DNA from: Thainema sp.
GTDB taxonomy: Bacteria > Cyanobacteriota > Cyanobacteriia > Phormidesmidales > Phormidesmidaceae
DNA length: 64,000 nucleotides
NCBI GenBank assembly: GCA_052168235.1
Contig: JBQLZK010000025.1
Coordinates: forward strand, 25,594 to 89,593
Direction of reading: 5' to 3'
The notes under the pieces are model-generated. The model was not told the origin of the DNA. It saw only the letters and a program-made list of their open reading frames with translations, and made no database searches. This document shows, one piece after another, positions 36,261-45,307 of this stretch (the first letter of the stretch is position 1; every line of letters starts with the position of its first letter). A program made the translations under genes and the position numbers.

Positions 36261-36884
36261 ATGAATACCCAAACCCTCAATCAAAACCTCGTGTTTGATG
36301 AGACCTTTGGCACCAATTCCCCGGACTATGCGTTTCTCAAGCAACTGCGACTTCGCAATGCGCCATCTGAAGCCCCATTTGGCTTTGTTGCGGTTACGTT
36401 ACGAGCTTTGGATAGCAATGGCGATTCCGTGCCATCCGCGATCGCAGCCTCAGAATGGTCTCCAGATTGGAGTTGGGAAGTTCGCACGACGGACAACGAA
36501 ATTCGTCAAGCGGTAACGCTGCGGTGGCTCGGTCAGGCGAGCTGCCGGGATCGGCTGACCTTGTTTCGGGTAACAGATCCAGAAGGTGAAGTGCGAACCC
36601 AGGATTTAGAAGCCAAGCAAACTGTGGTCAGCGGTTCGTTTATGATGCAGTCATTTCGCGTCGAGACGATTAAAAATATCGCCATTTCCTGGGCGAGTCA
36701 GCCAATTGCAAACGGGATGCCTGTGCCGATTTATGCCAACTTTGATTTAGTTGGTAATGAATCTCCAGCAACGCGATCAGATCGGCTGTTGCTAGAGGCA
36801 ACCTGTGCGGATGGTGAGCAGCTCGGCGGCGTTTTCTACCCGCAAATTGTGCTGCGCGTTAATCGGATTGAACCTTCGTTTTAG
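36261..36884 (+). CDS. Hypothetical protein (about 207 aa)
   Basis: AAGGAG RBS then ATG at 36261; clean ORF with no recognisable motif. Confidence 0.65.
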   Translation: MNTQTLNQNLVFDETFGTNSPDYAFLKQLRLRNAPSEAPFGFVAVTLRALDSNGDSVPSAIAASEWSPDWSWEVRTTDNEIRQAVTLRWLGQASCRDRLTLFRVTDPEGEVRTQDLEAKQTVVSGSFMMQSFRVETIKNIAISWASQPIANGMPVPIYANFDLVGNESPATRSDRLLLEATCADGEQLGGVFYPQIVLRVNRIEPSF

Positions 36885-37001
36885 GGAGAATTCAGATTGC
36901 TTGTCGTACTTGTTCTTTAAGCAGCTTGTTCGATTAGTAATCTGACTTATATGGTTGCAGCATTTGCAACTACAGCTTTCGATTTGGTGAATGAACTAAT
37001 A

Positions 37002-37040
37002 GTGCGATCGCAACCTTTTATGGGTGCGATCGCATTTTTT
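37002..37040 (+). terminator. Terminator-like hairpin formed by two HIP1 sites
   Basis: TGCGATCGCA..acc ttttat ggg..TGCGATCGCA followed by TTTTTT. Confidence 0.55.
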
Positions 37041-37194
37041 GTTGCTTTATTCATCGGGACTAAAAAACAAATTTGCTCAAAAGCAACAATTTGCATAAAA
37101 CGCTCCGAAACTCCATGAGTCACGGTCAAAGAGAACGCTATGCCGTAATTCTCTAGTGTTTTTTGATTAGTTTTCTCAAACTTAGGAGCCTGTC

Positions 37195-40100
37195 ATGTCC
37201 CCGACGTCCACCATTGCGATTCCTCTAGTCAGCGAAATTGGTAGCCTTGATCATTTGATGCAAAGCAACCTCAACGCTGGGTTGTCCCGTGCCCTGGACA
37301 CGCTGCAAAACTGGGCACAAACGCATTCGTTTGCAGATTTGCTTGTTAGTTTTGATCAAGGCGATGTGACAGATAGCGCTGCCTTGCAGTCACTCCATCA
37401 GGCTTGGCAGCAGGGTGACTTCTCTCAACTGCCAACCATTCAAATCTTGTCCGCCGAGGAGCTTCAGGGTGCGCAGGGCGCTTTCTCCAGCAGCACCCAA
37501 ACGATCTACCTCTCCTCAACGCTGATTGAGAGCGCCCAGCCATCTTCGGATGCACTGGCGCAGGTGTTCCTAGAAGAAATTGGCCACTTTGTGGATGCTC
37601 AGGTTAATCTGACGGATTCTCCGGGCGATGAGGGAGCTGTGTTTGCCGCGCAGGTGCAGGACATCCAGATCAGTGACGCTTGGCTAACCGCTCTCCAGTC
37701 AGAAAATGACAGTCTCACCTTACATCTCAACGGACAGACCATCGAAGCAGAAGCGATGGTGCCCTATGCTGGCGACAATCTTGACCAGTTTCAGGCTGGT
37801 TTGGATGATTTCCTCACGACGTTGGAAGACACAATCGCTCAAGTGATTGCCGGACAAGAGCTACCGCTGATTGGTTCTGCCCTAGAAACGGTTGGAGGAA
37901 ACGCTCAGACTTTTGTGGCAGACATGCGAACTGCGATCGCAGATCAACTGGCTAGCCTGCCCGAATTGACGACTCAAGCTCTGGAAGATGCCCTGAATCA
38001 GGCGTTGGGGCCAGGAGGACTGGGTATTTTGGATGCCCTGACGGTAAATGAAACGGCTGATAATTTGCAGTTTGACATTACCCTGAGCCGTGACCTAGTT
38101 GAACTCGGCAGCGATCAGTTTGATTTGTCGCTGGGTGATACGGGATTAAGTTTGAATGTCAATGGGAATACTCAACTGGATGTCGATCTCGATTTGCATC
38201 TGTTGCTGGGCTTGAACAGCGAAGGGTTCTATGTGGATACAGCGGTGGAGGATGAGCTTGGTATTAACCTCACTGCCACCATTCCTGATCTGGAAGCCAC
38301 GGGTACGCTTGGATTTCTACAGGTAGATGTAGAAGACAACGGCAGCAATCTGAGCAGCGGCATTACCGTTGATCTGCAAGACTCTGCCGATGCGGGCACT
38401 GACCTCTCCCTGGCAGAATTTGTCAACCTCGCCAATACTTTGGAAGCCAGTATTAACGGTAGCGCAACCTTCAATGCCAATGTCTCTTCCGGTACCACAA
38501 TCTCGGCTCTGCCCAGTATTGGCACGAATCTGGTGCTGGATTGGCAATTTCTAGATGCCGATCTGAATAGTTTCCAAACTGCGGCACCAACCATTGCCAT
38601 GAACGGCGTCAGCCTGGATGTCGGTTCCTTCTTTGGTGGTTTTGTTGGCCCCATTTTCGAAGGCATTACCACGGCATTAGAACCTGTGATGCCCTTGGTC
38701 GAGCTGCTACAAACCGAAATCCCCATCCTTGACAAGCGCATTATTGATGTAGCCAAGGCCCTAGCAGAGGCAGGACTAGGCGACTTTAGTCCCGAAACAA
38801 TTGAATTTATTGATTATGTCGGCTACATTGCCCAAATCATTGACTTGATTGGCAGTCTGTCGGTTGAGGGCAGCACGATTACCCTGGGTGACTTCAACGT
38901 TGTAGATGGTGACTTGCAGTCGCTCGGCGGCGGTCTTACCCCCCTTGAGCAACTGAGCGGCATCAATGAGTCCACCAGCGAATTTAGCACCATTATTAAT
39001 GATAATGTGCGGTTCGAGTTTCCCCTACTGACTCAACCAGAGAGCTTAATCGGTCTGTTCCTGGGGCAAAACGCCGATATTTTCCGTCTAGAGCTGCCTA
39101 CCATTGGGTTTGGCGTACAGTACGAAACGCAGATTCCCATCTTTGGCCCGATTAACCTGACTGTAGGTGGAGCACTGGGAGCGGCAGCCAATCTGAGCTT
39201 TGGCTTTGACACCTACGGTATCGCCCAGTTTGCAGAAGGAGGCTTCACCGATCCTGCTTTGATTGCTCAAGGCTTCTTTGTGGGTAGTCCGCTCAATCCC
39301 GGCACGCCGCCTGCTCCTATCGATCCAAATGAACTCTTTACCTTCGGCTTGGGAACGGGTGTCAGTGCGGGTGTCGGAATTGATTTAGGACTGATAAGTA
39401 CCGATATTACTGCAGGACTGGTAGCCCAGCTCTTCCTCAATTTGAATGGTGATGATGAAGGCAAAGTGCGGATTGAAGACTTCGAGGTACCGGCCTGCTT
39501 GTTGGAAGCGCTGGGTAAACTGGATGCCGTTGTAGCTGCGAAACTTCAGATTGGGTTTGGCGCATTCAGCATTCGCAAGCGCATTGAACTTGTTCGCGAA
39601 ACGCTGCTCGATTTCCGAGCTGGCTGCTCCGGTTCGACAGAAGACCATCAGCAGGCGACTGTGGGCGATGATGGCACCGCTACGCTCAGCGTCGGTGAGG
39701 ATGCGGCGAACCTGACGGATATTGACGTAGAAGGCATCGAAGCCGATGAGGTCGTCACCGTGACCCATATTTCAGGCGTAGCGGGTGACGAAACCATTGC
39801 GGTAGAGGCCTACGGTGCAAGCTGGACGTACGAAAACGTCAGCAGTATCTTTGCTGATGCAGGCGATGGCAACGACATTATTGAGCTGGTTGGTGTACGT
39901 TCCGCAGCTCACCTGATTGGTGGTGCCGGAGATGATCAACTGCTGGGCGGCCAAAATAACGATCTGCTGGAAGGCGGCACCGATTCTGATTATCTTTCGG
40001 GTGGAGCAGGCGATGATGAACTCTATGGTGGTGACGGTGACGACTTTTTGGAAGGAGGAGCGGGTAACGACCTTCTGGATGGAGGCGAGGGCACCGATGG

Positions 40101-43100
40101 CGTCAGCTATTCGGAAGCGACCAGCGGTGTGCAAATTGATTTACCCGATGATGTGGTGATTGACGGTGACGGCACCCAAGACACCCTGATCAGCATTGAG
40201 CAGTTTGAGCTGTCCAACCACGACGATACCTTTATCGGCAGCAATAGCGGCAACATTGTCGATGGTTTGGCAGGCGATGATGTGATTAATGGCGGTGCTG
40301 GCGATGACTTCTTGATTGGCGGTGCTGGAGCCGACATCATTGATGGCGGTGGCGGAGAAGATGCCACCAGCTATCTGGAATCGAAGGCTGGCGTTCAAAT
40401 TGACCTGGAAACGGGGGACGTTTTCAGCGGTGGGGGCAGCGATGCCGATGGTGACGTGCTCAACAATATGGAGCATGTGCAGGGCACGTATCAGGATGAT
40501 ATCCTGCGCGGCAACAGTGCAGAAAATATCCTGGTAGGAGCAGGCGGTGATGATACCCTGGAAGGCCGTGGCAATGCCGATACTCTCTACGGCGATTCCG
40601 GCAATGATACAGCCGAGTACATCGACTCGCCCACGGGGGTGACGGTTTCCCTGGTCGCCGAGTCGGAAGGCTCAGAGTTTAGTGTTGTCGGTCAGGGTGG
40701 TCATGCCCAAGGCGATCGCTTAGCAATGGCTACAGATCATGAAGGCAATATTAGCGATCGCAACTCTATCGAAAACCTCACGGGTTCGCTGCACAACGAT
40801 AGTCTGACGGGTGACGGTGGCCGCAACACGCTCAGCGGCTTAGCTGGCAACGATACGCTCAATGGTGGTGAAGGCAATGATCATCTGATCGGTGGGGCCG
40901 GAGCCGACCATCATAATGGTGGCGGCGGCCTGGACTGGGCGGACTACAGCGACTCCAATGCGGGCGTAACTGTTAACCTAACGTTCAACGTTGGCCTCGG
41001 TGGTCATGCCCAAGGCGACACGTTTGCCAGCGTGGAAAATCTCAAAGGCTCTAATTGGGCAGACACGCTGCGCGGCAACGGAGTCAACAACGACATCAAT
41101 CCTGGTTTAAGCAGTATTGGCCCTGGCGTTGATTTTGTGCATGGTGGCGGTGAAACCGATACGATGGGCGATCGCCTCATCCTGGACTACAGCTCCTCCG
41201 GTTCTAGTCTGCAAGGGGGCTATGACTATGTAGCTGGCTCCAGCGATTCCGGTGAATTCATTGGCAATGTGGAGTTTGACGACATCGAGCGGCTCCAGAT
41301 TGTGGGGTCTTACCTGAATGACACCATTCGCGGTGGCGGCGGTGACGACTACATCAATGGTGGAGCGGGTAACGACACCATCTTGGGTGGCCAAGGCCGC
41401 AATTTCCTCTACGGCGACGACGGCAACGATACGATTACCAACCTGAATAACGCCTTCGGTGAAGTCTTCTACAACCCTGCCAATGACGAACCCCAAATTT
41501 TCTGGGTTGGCGGTGGTGCAGGTATTGATACATTCTCTGGCAATTTCCGCGATCGCGCCCAAGATATCGTTCTGACCAGTCTGAATCCTGACCAAGAGAA
41601 CCCTGAGCAGTTCTTCACGCTCGGTGACGGCTCTGTTATTCATCAGTTTGAGCGATTCCAGGATATTCAAACTGGCTCTGGTGACGACCAGCTCACTCAG
41701 CTAGGCCGGGTCAATAATGACTTCCGCACCGGGGCAGGCGATGATATGGTCAATACCGGATTGGGACTGGATTATGCCGATGGTGGCATCGATGGCTTCA
41801 GCAGTGGTGAACACGTTATTTATGGCGATGACCTGCTGATTGTGGACTATTCTGAGGGCGATATCGGTGGCGGAATCGTCAGCGAAGTTGGTGGTGATCC
41901 CTTTGAAACCAGCCGCTATTCCCGCAATGCTGCCGATGGCACGACTCTTCTAGACGAAGTGGAATTTGTCAACTTTGAGCGGGTTCATCTCGATGGCACA
42001 CAGCACAGCGACGCTATTGTGGGACTGATTGGAGCTGACGAGCTGCGCGGTCACGATGGCAATGATTCGCTGGTGGGTCGAAGTGGCCACGATCATATCT
42101 GGGGTGGTGCGGGTGATGACAGTATTCTGGGTGGCAGCGGCAATGATGAACTGCATGGCGGTAGCGGTAATGACGTCATCATTGATGACCTGAATGAAGA
42201 TGATGACGAAGGTGGTCAAGATCAGCTCTTTGGCGATGATGGCGACGACTGGCTGCTCGGCGGTAACGGAAATGATGCACTGGAAGGAGGAAATGGCAAC
42301 GACATCCTGATTGGCGGTGCCCAGAACGATACACTTAACGGCGGTGCTGGCAACGACATCCTGATTGGGATTAACTTTGGGCAGTCTCCTTTCCCTGCTG
42401 ATCCTGAAATCGACACGATGACGGGCGGTCAAGGAGCGGATCAGTTCTGGTTAGGGGATGGTTTATTTTCATACTACGATGATGGCCAGCTCTTTTCAGG
42501 CGGTAGCCAGAATCAGGCCGTTATCACCGATTTCACCCTGCAAGAGGGAGACGTGATTTTCCTGCATGGAGCTGCAAGTGACTATACGCTACAGGAATCA
42601 AACGGCTCAACTCGTATTCTCCGCAATGGCTTCATTCCAGAATTGATTGGCACCGTTCAGGGCGTGACGGGCCTAGACCTGAACGACGGTGCGTTCCAGT
42701 ATTTCGATGATCAGGCTAGTGAAGAGAACATGTCTCTGCTGCTACCAGCGGTACAGCAAATCCAGGCCGCTAACATGAAGCTGACAGCCGAACCAGATAC
42801 GCAAGCAGCGTTACTCCTGCCTGCAATTCAGGCTGCGCGGGAGGCTGCAAGCAGCAGCAGTTCCGCTCCATCACTAGAGCAAGGTTTAGCTGCTCCTAGC
42901 CAAGACATCAGCTCTGTTCAATCTCCTCACGGTAGCCAAGTTGCGCCATCCCAGACCCCAGTGTTGCTGACAGCGGCTACTGAAGCTGAAGCAGCAAGCA
43001 ACGCTAATTCACTCAATGTGCCTGCTGCTCAAGCTCAGCAAGCCGGACTGGTGCAAGACGATAGCGCCTTTAGTATTACCCAGCAAAACAATCCCTATGT

Positions 43101-45126
43101 CCTGCTCAACTCTTTCCTGGGTGACACAACTGGGCTGACCATTCTGAATGCTCAAACTTCCGGCGATGCCCGTGCCTTTGGCACCTTCCAGTATGATCCA
43201 TTTGGTCTGGGCAACGGCATTGTGCTCAGTACTGGGAAAGTCATTGATCTGGTGGGCGAGAACCAGGTGGATGGCGGCTTTGTCGGCAATGCTAACATCC
43301 CCCTCGATTTCGTTAAGCTCGGCACTGAACCGGATTTGGGCTTTAGCAACAACTTGCTAGTGGGCAATGTGATTTCCGGCTCGGGCAACAACTCGGGTCT
43401 AAACGTTGATGACTTTGTGGCTAATCCGATTGATCCCGATCCCCCAGCTGCATCAACGGCCATTTCCCGGGCTGATCTGTCTAGCCTCAATCAAATCCAG
43501 TCACTCACCATTACAGATAGCGGTTTGGGTATCGGCGGTGCAGGTGGTGAACGGAGCGGCTTTGATCTAGTCGGGATCAAGATTAGTAACGTGCTGATTG
43601 ACGATGCGGCATCCATTGATGAAATCCCTGGCATTGATCTATTCGACTTCAGCCCCTTGAGCACCTTCTTTAATCCTGGTACTCAACGGCCTTCGACGGG
43701 TGCTAATTTCCCTGAAGCGGCAGATATGTTTGGGTCATTGCATGGCCAGGTCAATAATGCGATCGCAACTCTGAGTGAGTTTGATTTTGACGGTGATACA
43801 GGCTTTGTCAGCCTTGGCGATGGCGGTTCCGTTGGCTTCAACTTGACGGAAACCATTAATCCGGATGGGCCGCTCTATCTGTATGTCGGTGAGGCTGCCA
43901 ATAATGGTGAGTCTCTAAATGGTCAGATTACCGCTTCTGCTCAGCGGATCAACGGCCAAACGGAACTCAGCACCGACTTTGGTTTACCCGGTGCCGATGG
44001 TGATACCAGCCGCTTCTCGTTTGACTTTGAAGCCGATGGTAGTACCGAGCAGGTTTTCTTCCGCTTTGTGTTTGCTTCTGAAGAATTTGTAGAATATGGC
44101 GGCAGCTCGTTCAATGATGCTTTTAGCATCAAGCTCAACGGCATGAATCTGGCTCGCTTGAGCGATGGTGCCGAGGCTAATATTAACAACCTGGTAACCA
44201 ATCCCTTTGGCAATTACCATCCTGACTTTGTCCATAACTCCGTCGGTGAAGGGCCTGCGAGCAGCGAGACACCTTTGGATGGTTATACTCAGGTGCTGAC
44301 CTTTGCTGGCCCGGTTCAGCCCAATGCAATCAATCATCTCGAAATTGAGGTGAAAGATGTCGGTGATGGTCTCAAAGATACCGCTATCTTTTTGCAGGCA
44401 GGCTCCTTTGGCACAGATGAAACGCCGCAGGGCAGCATTACCTTTTTTGGTACTGAAAGCGTCCTGCCGGAAGGGAACAGCTCCATGCTTAATCTGAAGC
44501 TCAATACTGTTCCTACCGAAAAGGTGAAAGTTACGCTTGACCCTGATCAACAAATCGACCTGGGTAATGGCGCAGGCAAACCGCTGGCCGTCTTCTTTAC
44601 GCCGGAAGATGCTCTGTCAAATCGGCAAATTAAATTTACGGCCTACGATGACAAGCTAGTGGAAGGGGCTCACTCTGGCCTGATTATTGCCACCATCCAC
44701 AGCGCTGACCCGAGCTACAGCGACGTGGATAGCCTCACCATAGAGCAGTTCATCATTGACAATGACAAGCCTTTTATCGGGATTAAGGATCCAATTTTGG
44801 GCGGACGACTCGCTGATCCTCTGGTGGGCGCACCGTCTCTGGCGACTTTGGCATCTGCTTCGGAGACTGCCACATCTTCCTCATACTCTAATCCCCCAAT
44901 CATATCTCTTTCGAAGAGTCTCTTCCAAAACGGGGAAGCTAATTTACTCAAAGGGTCAACTATGTTGAATCTAGGGGCTTCTGAGCCGCTAATATCGAGC
45001 AATTCGACTTTGTTCCCAGGAGAATATCGCTCAATCGTGGATGTTAGTCATCATTCGTCTATAGCGTCGTCTTCTGCGATGGATCTGGGAGGTTTGACTA
45101 ATCTGTCAAGTAGTTATCACTTCTAG
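37195..45126 (+). CDS. Giant RTX Ca2+-binding secreted/surface protein with choice-of-anchor-L-like and Calx-beta-like domains
   Basis: Many GGxGxDxL nonapeptides; N-terminal LEEIGH domain; GIVLSTG...FASEEF..FND motifs; AGGAG RBS. Confidence 0.9.
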   Translation: MSPTSTIAIPLVSEIGSLDHLMQSNLNAGLSRALDTLQNWAQTHSFADLLVSFDQGDVTDSAALQSLHQAWQQGDFSQLPTIQILSAEELQGAQGAFSSSTQTIYLSSTLIESAQPSSDALAQVFLEEIGHFVDAQVNLTDSPGDEGAVFAAQVQDIQISDAWLTALQSENDSLTLHLNGQTIEAEAMVPYAGDNLDQFQAGLDDFLTTLEDTIAQVIAGQELPLIGSALETVGGNAQTFVADMRTAIADQLASLPELTTQALEDALNQALGPGGLGILDALTVNETADNLQFDITLSRDLVELGSDQFDLSLGDTGLSLNVNGNTQLDVDLDLHLLLGLNSEGFYVDTAVEDELGINLTATIPDLEATGTLGFLQVDVEDNGSNLSSGITVDLQDSADAGTDLSLAEFVNLANTLEASINGSATFNANVSSGTTISALPSIGTNLVLDWQFLDADLNSFQTAAPTIAMNGVSLDVGSFFGGFVGPIFEGITTALEPVMPLVELLQTEIPILDKRIIDVAKALAEAGLGDFSPETIEFIDYVGYIAQIIDLIGSLSVEGSTITLGDFNVVDGDLQSLGGGLTPLEQLSGINESTSEFSTIINDNVRFEFPLLTQPESLIGLFLGQNADIFRLELPTIGFGVQYETQIPIFGPINLTVGGALGAAANLSFGFDTYGIAQFAEGGFTDPALIAQGFFVGSPLNPGTPPAPIDPNELFTFGLGTGVSAGVGIDLGLISTDITAGLVAQLFLNLNGDDEGKVRIEDFEVPACLLEALGKLDAVVAAKLQIGFGAFSIRKRIELVRETLLDFRAGCSGSTEDHQQATVGDDGTATLSVGEDAANLTDIDVEGIEADEVVTVTHISGVAGDETIAVEAYGASWTYENVSSIFADAGDGNDIIELVGVRSAAHLIGGAGDDQLLGGQNNDLLEGGTDSDYLSGGAGDDELYGGDGDDFLEGGAGNDLLDGGEGTDGVSYSEATSGVQIDLPDDVVIDGDGTQDTLISIEQFELSNHDDTFIGSNSGNIVDGLAGDDVINGGAGDDFLIGGAGADIIDGGGGEDATSYLESKAGVQIDLETGDVFSGGGSDADGDVLNNMEHVQGTYQDDILRGNSAENILVGAGGDDTLEGRGNADTLYGDSGNDTAEYIDSPTGVTVSLVAESEGSEFSVVGQGGHAQGDRLAMATDHEGNISDRNSIENLTGSLHNDSLTGDGGRNTLSGLAGNDTLNGGEGNDHLIGGAGADHHNGGGGLDWADYSDSNAGVTVNLTFNVGLGGHAQGDTFASVENLKGSNWADTLRGNGVNNDINPGLSSIGPGVDFVHGGGETDTMGDRLILDYSSSGSSLQGGYDYVAGSSDSGEFIGNVEFDDIERLQIVGSYLNDTIRGGGGDDYINGGAGNDTILGGQGRNFLYGDDGNDTITNLNNAFGEVFYNPANDEPQIFWVGGGAGIDTFSGNFRDRAQDIVLTSLNPDQENPEQFFTLGDGSVIHQFERFQDIQTGSGDDQLTQLGRVNNDFRTGAGDDMVNTGLGLDYADGGIDGFSSGEHVIYGDDLLIVDYSEGDIGGGIVSEVGGDPFETSRYSRNAADGTTLLDEVEFVNFERVHLDGTQHSDAIVGLIGADELRGHDGNDSLVGRSGHDHIWGGAGDDSILGGSGNDELHGGSGNDVIIDDLNEDDDEGGQDQLFGDDGDDWLLGGNGNDALEGGNGNDILIGGAQNDTLNGGAGNDILIGINFGQSPFPADPEIDTMTGGQGADQFWLGDGLFSYYDDGQLFSGGSQNQAVITDFTLQEGDVIFLHGAASDYTLQESNGSTRILRNGFIPELIGTVQGVTGLDLNDGAFQYFDDQASEENMSLLLPAVQQIQAANMKLTAEPDTQAALLLPAIQAAREAASSSSSAPSLEQGLAAPSQDISSVQSPHGSQVAPSQTPVLLTAATEAEAASNANSLNVPAAQAQQAGLVQDDSAFSITQQNNPYVLLNSFLGDTTGLTILNAQTSGDARAFGTFQYDPFGLGNGIVLSTGKVIDLVGENQVDGGFVGNANIPLDFVKLGTEPDLGFSNNLLVGNVISGSGNNSGLNVDDFVANPIDPDPPAASTAISRADLSSLNQIQSLTITDSGLGIGGAGGERSGFDLVGIKISNVLIDDAASIDEIPGIDLFDFSPLSTFFNPGTQRPSTGANFPEAADMFGSLHGQVNNAIATLSEFDFDGDTGFVSLGDGGSVGFNLTETINPDGPLYLYVGEAANNGESLNGQITASAQRINGQTELSTDFGLPGADGDTSRFSFDFEADGSTEQVFFRFVFASEEFVEYGGSSFNDAFSIKLNGMNLARLSDGAEANINNLVTNPFGNYHPDFVHNSVGEGPASSETPLDGYTQVLTFAGPVQPNAINHLEIEVKDVGDGLKDTAIFLQAGSFGTDETPQGSITFFGTESVLPEGNSSMLNLKLNTVPTEKVKVTLDPDQQIDLGNGAGKPLAVFFTPEDALSNRQIKFTAYDDKLVEGAHSGLIIATIHSADPSYSDVDSLTIEQFIIDNDKPFIGIKDPILGGRLADPLVGAPSLATLASASETATSSSYSNPPIISLSKSLFQNGEANLLKGSTMLNLGASEPLISSNSTLFPGEYRSIVDVSHHSSIASSSAMDLGGLTNLSSSYHF

Positions 45127-45158
45127 GACTGGCTGAATCTGGGACAAAATGGGATGTA

Positions 45159-45197
45159 AAAGCGGGATGTAAAGGCAGCGCCTTTACATCCCGCTTT
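45159..45197. terminator. Perfect 18-bp inverted repeat between convergent genes
   Basis: AAAGCGGGATGTAAAGGC-agc-GCCTTTACATCCCGCTTT. Confidence 0.7.
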
Positions 45198-45307
45198 CAT
45201 TCCTATCTAAGATACGGAAGCCCAGCGCACAAAGCGAATACAGCGAATCAAAGATTTGCGATCGCAGTCTGTTGGGCTAGGGGGTGAGCAGTGCCACCCC
45301 AGGTTAG

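Noticed and set aside
38229..44553. Multiple minus-strand ORFs within the RTX gene
   Set aside because: Shadow frames caused by repetitive Gly/Asp codon usage
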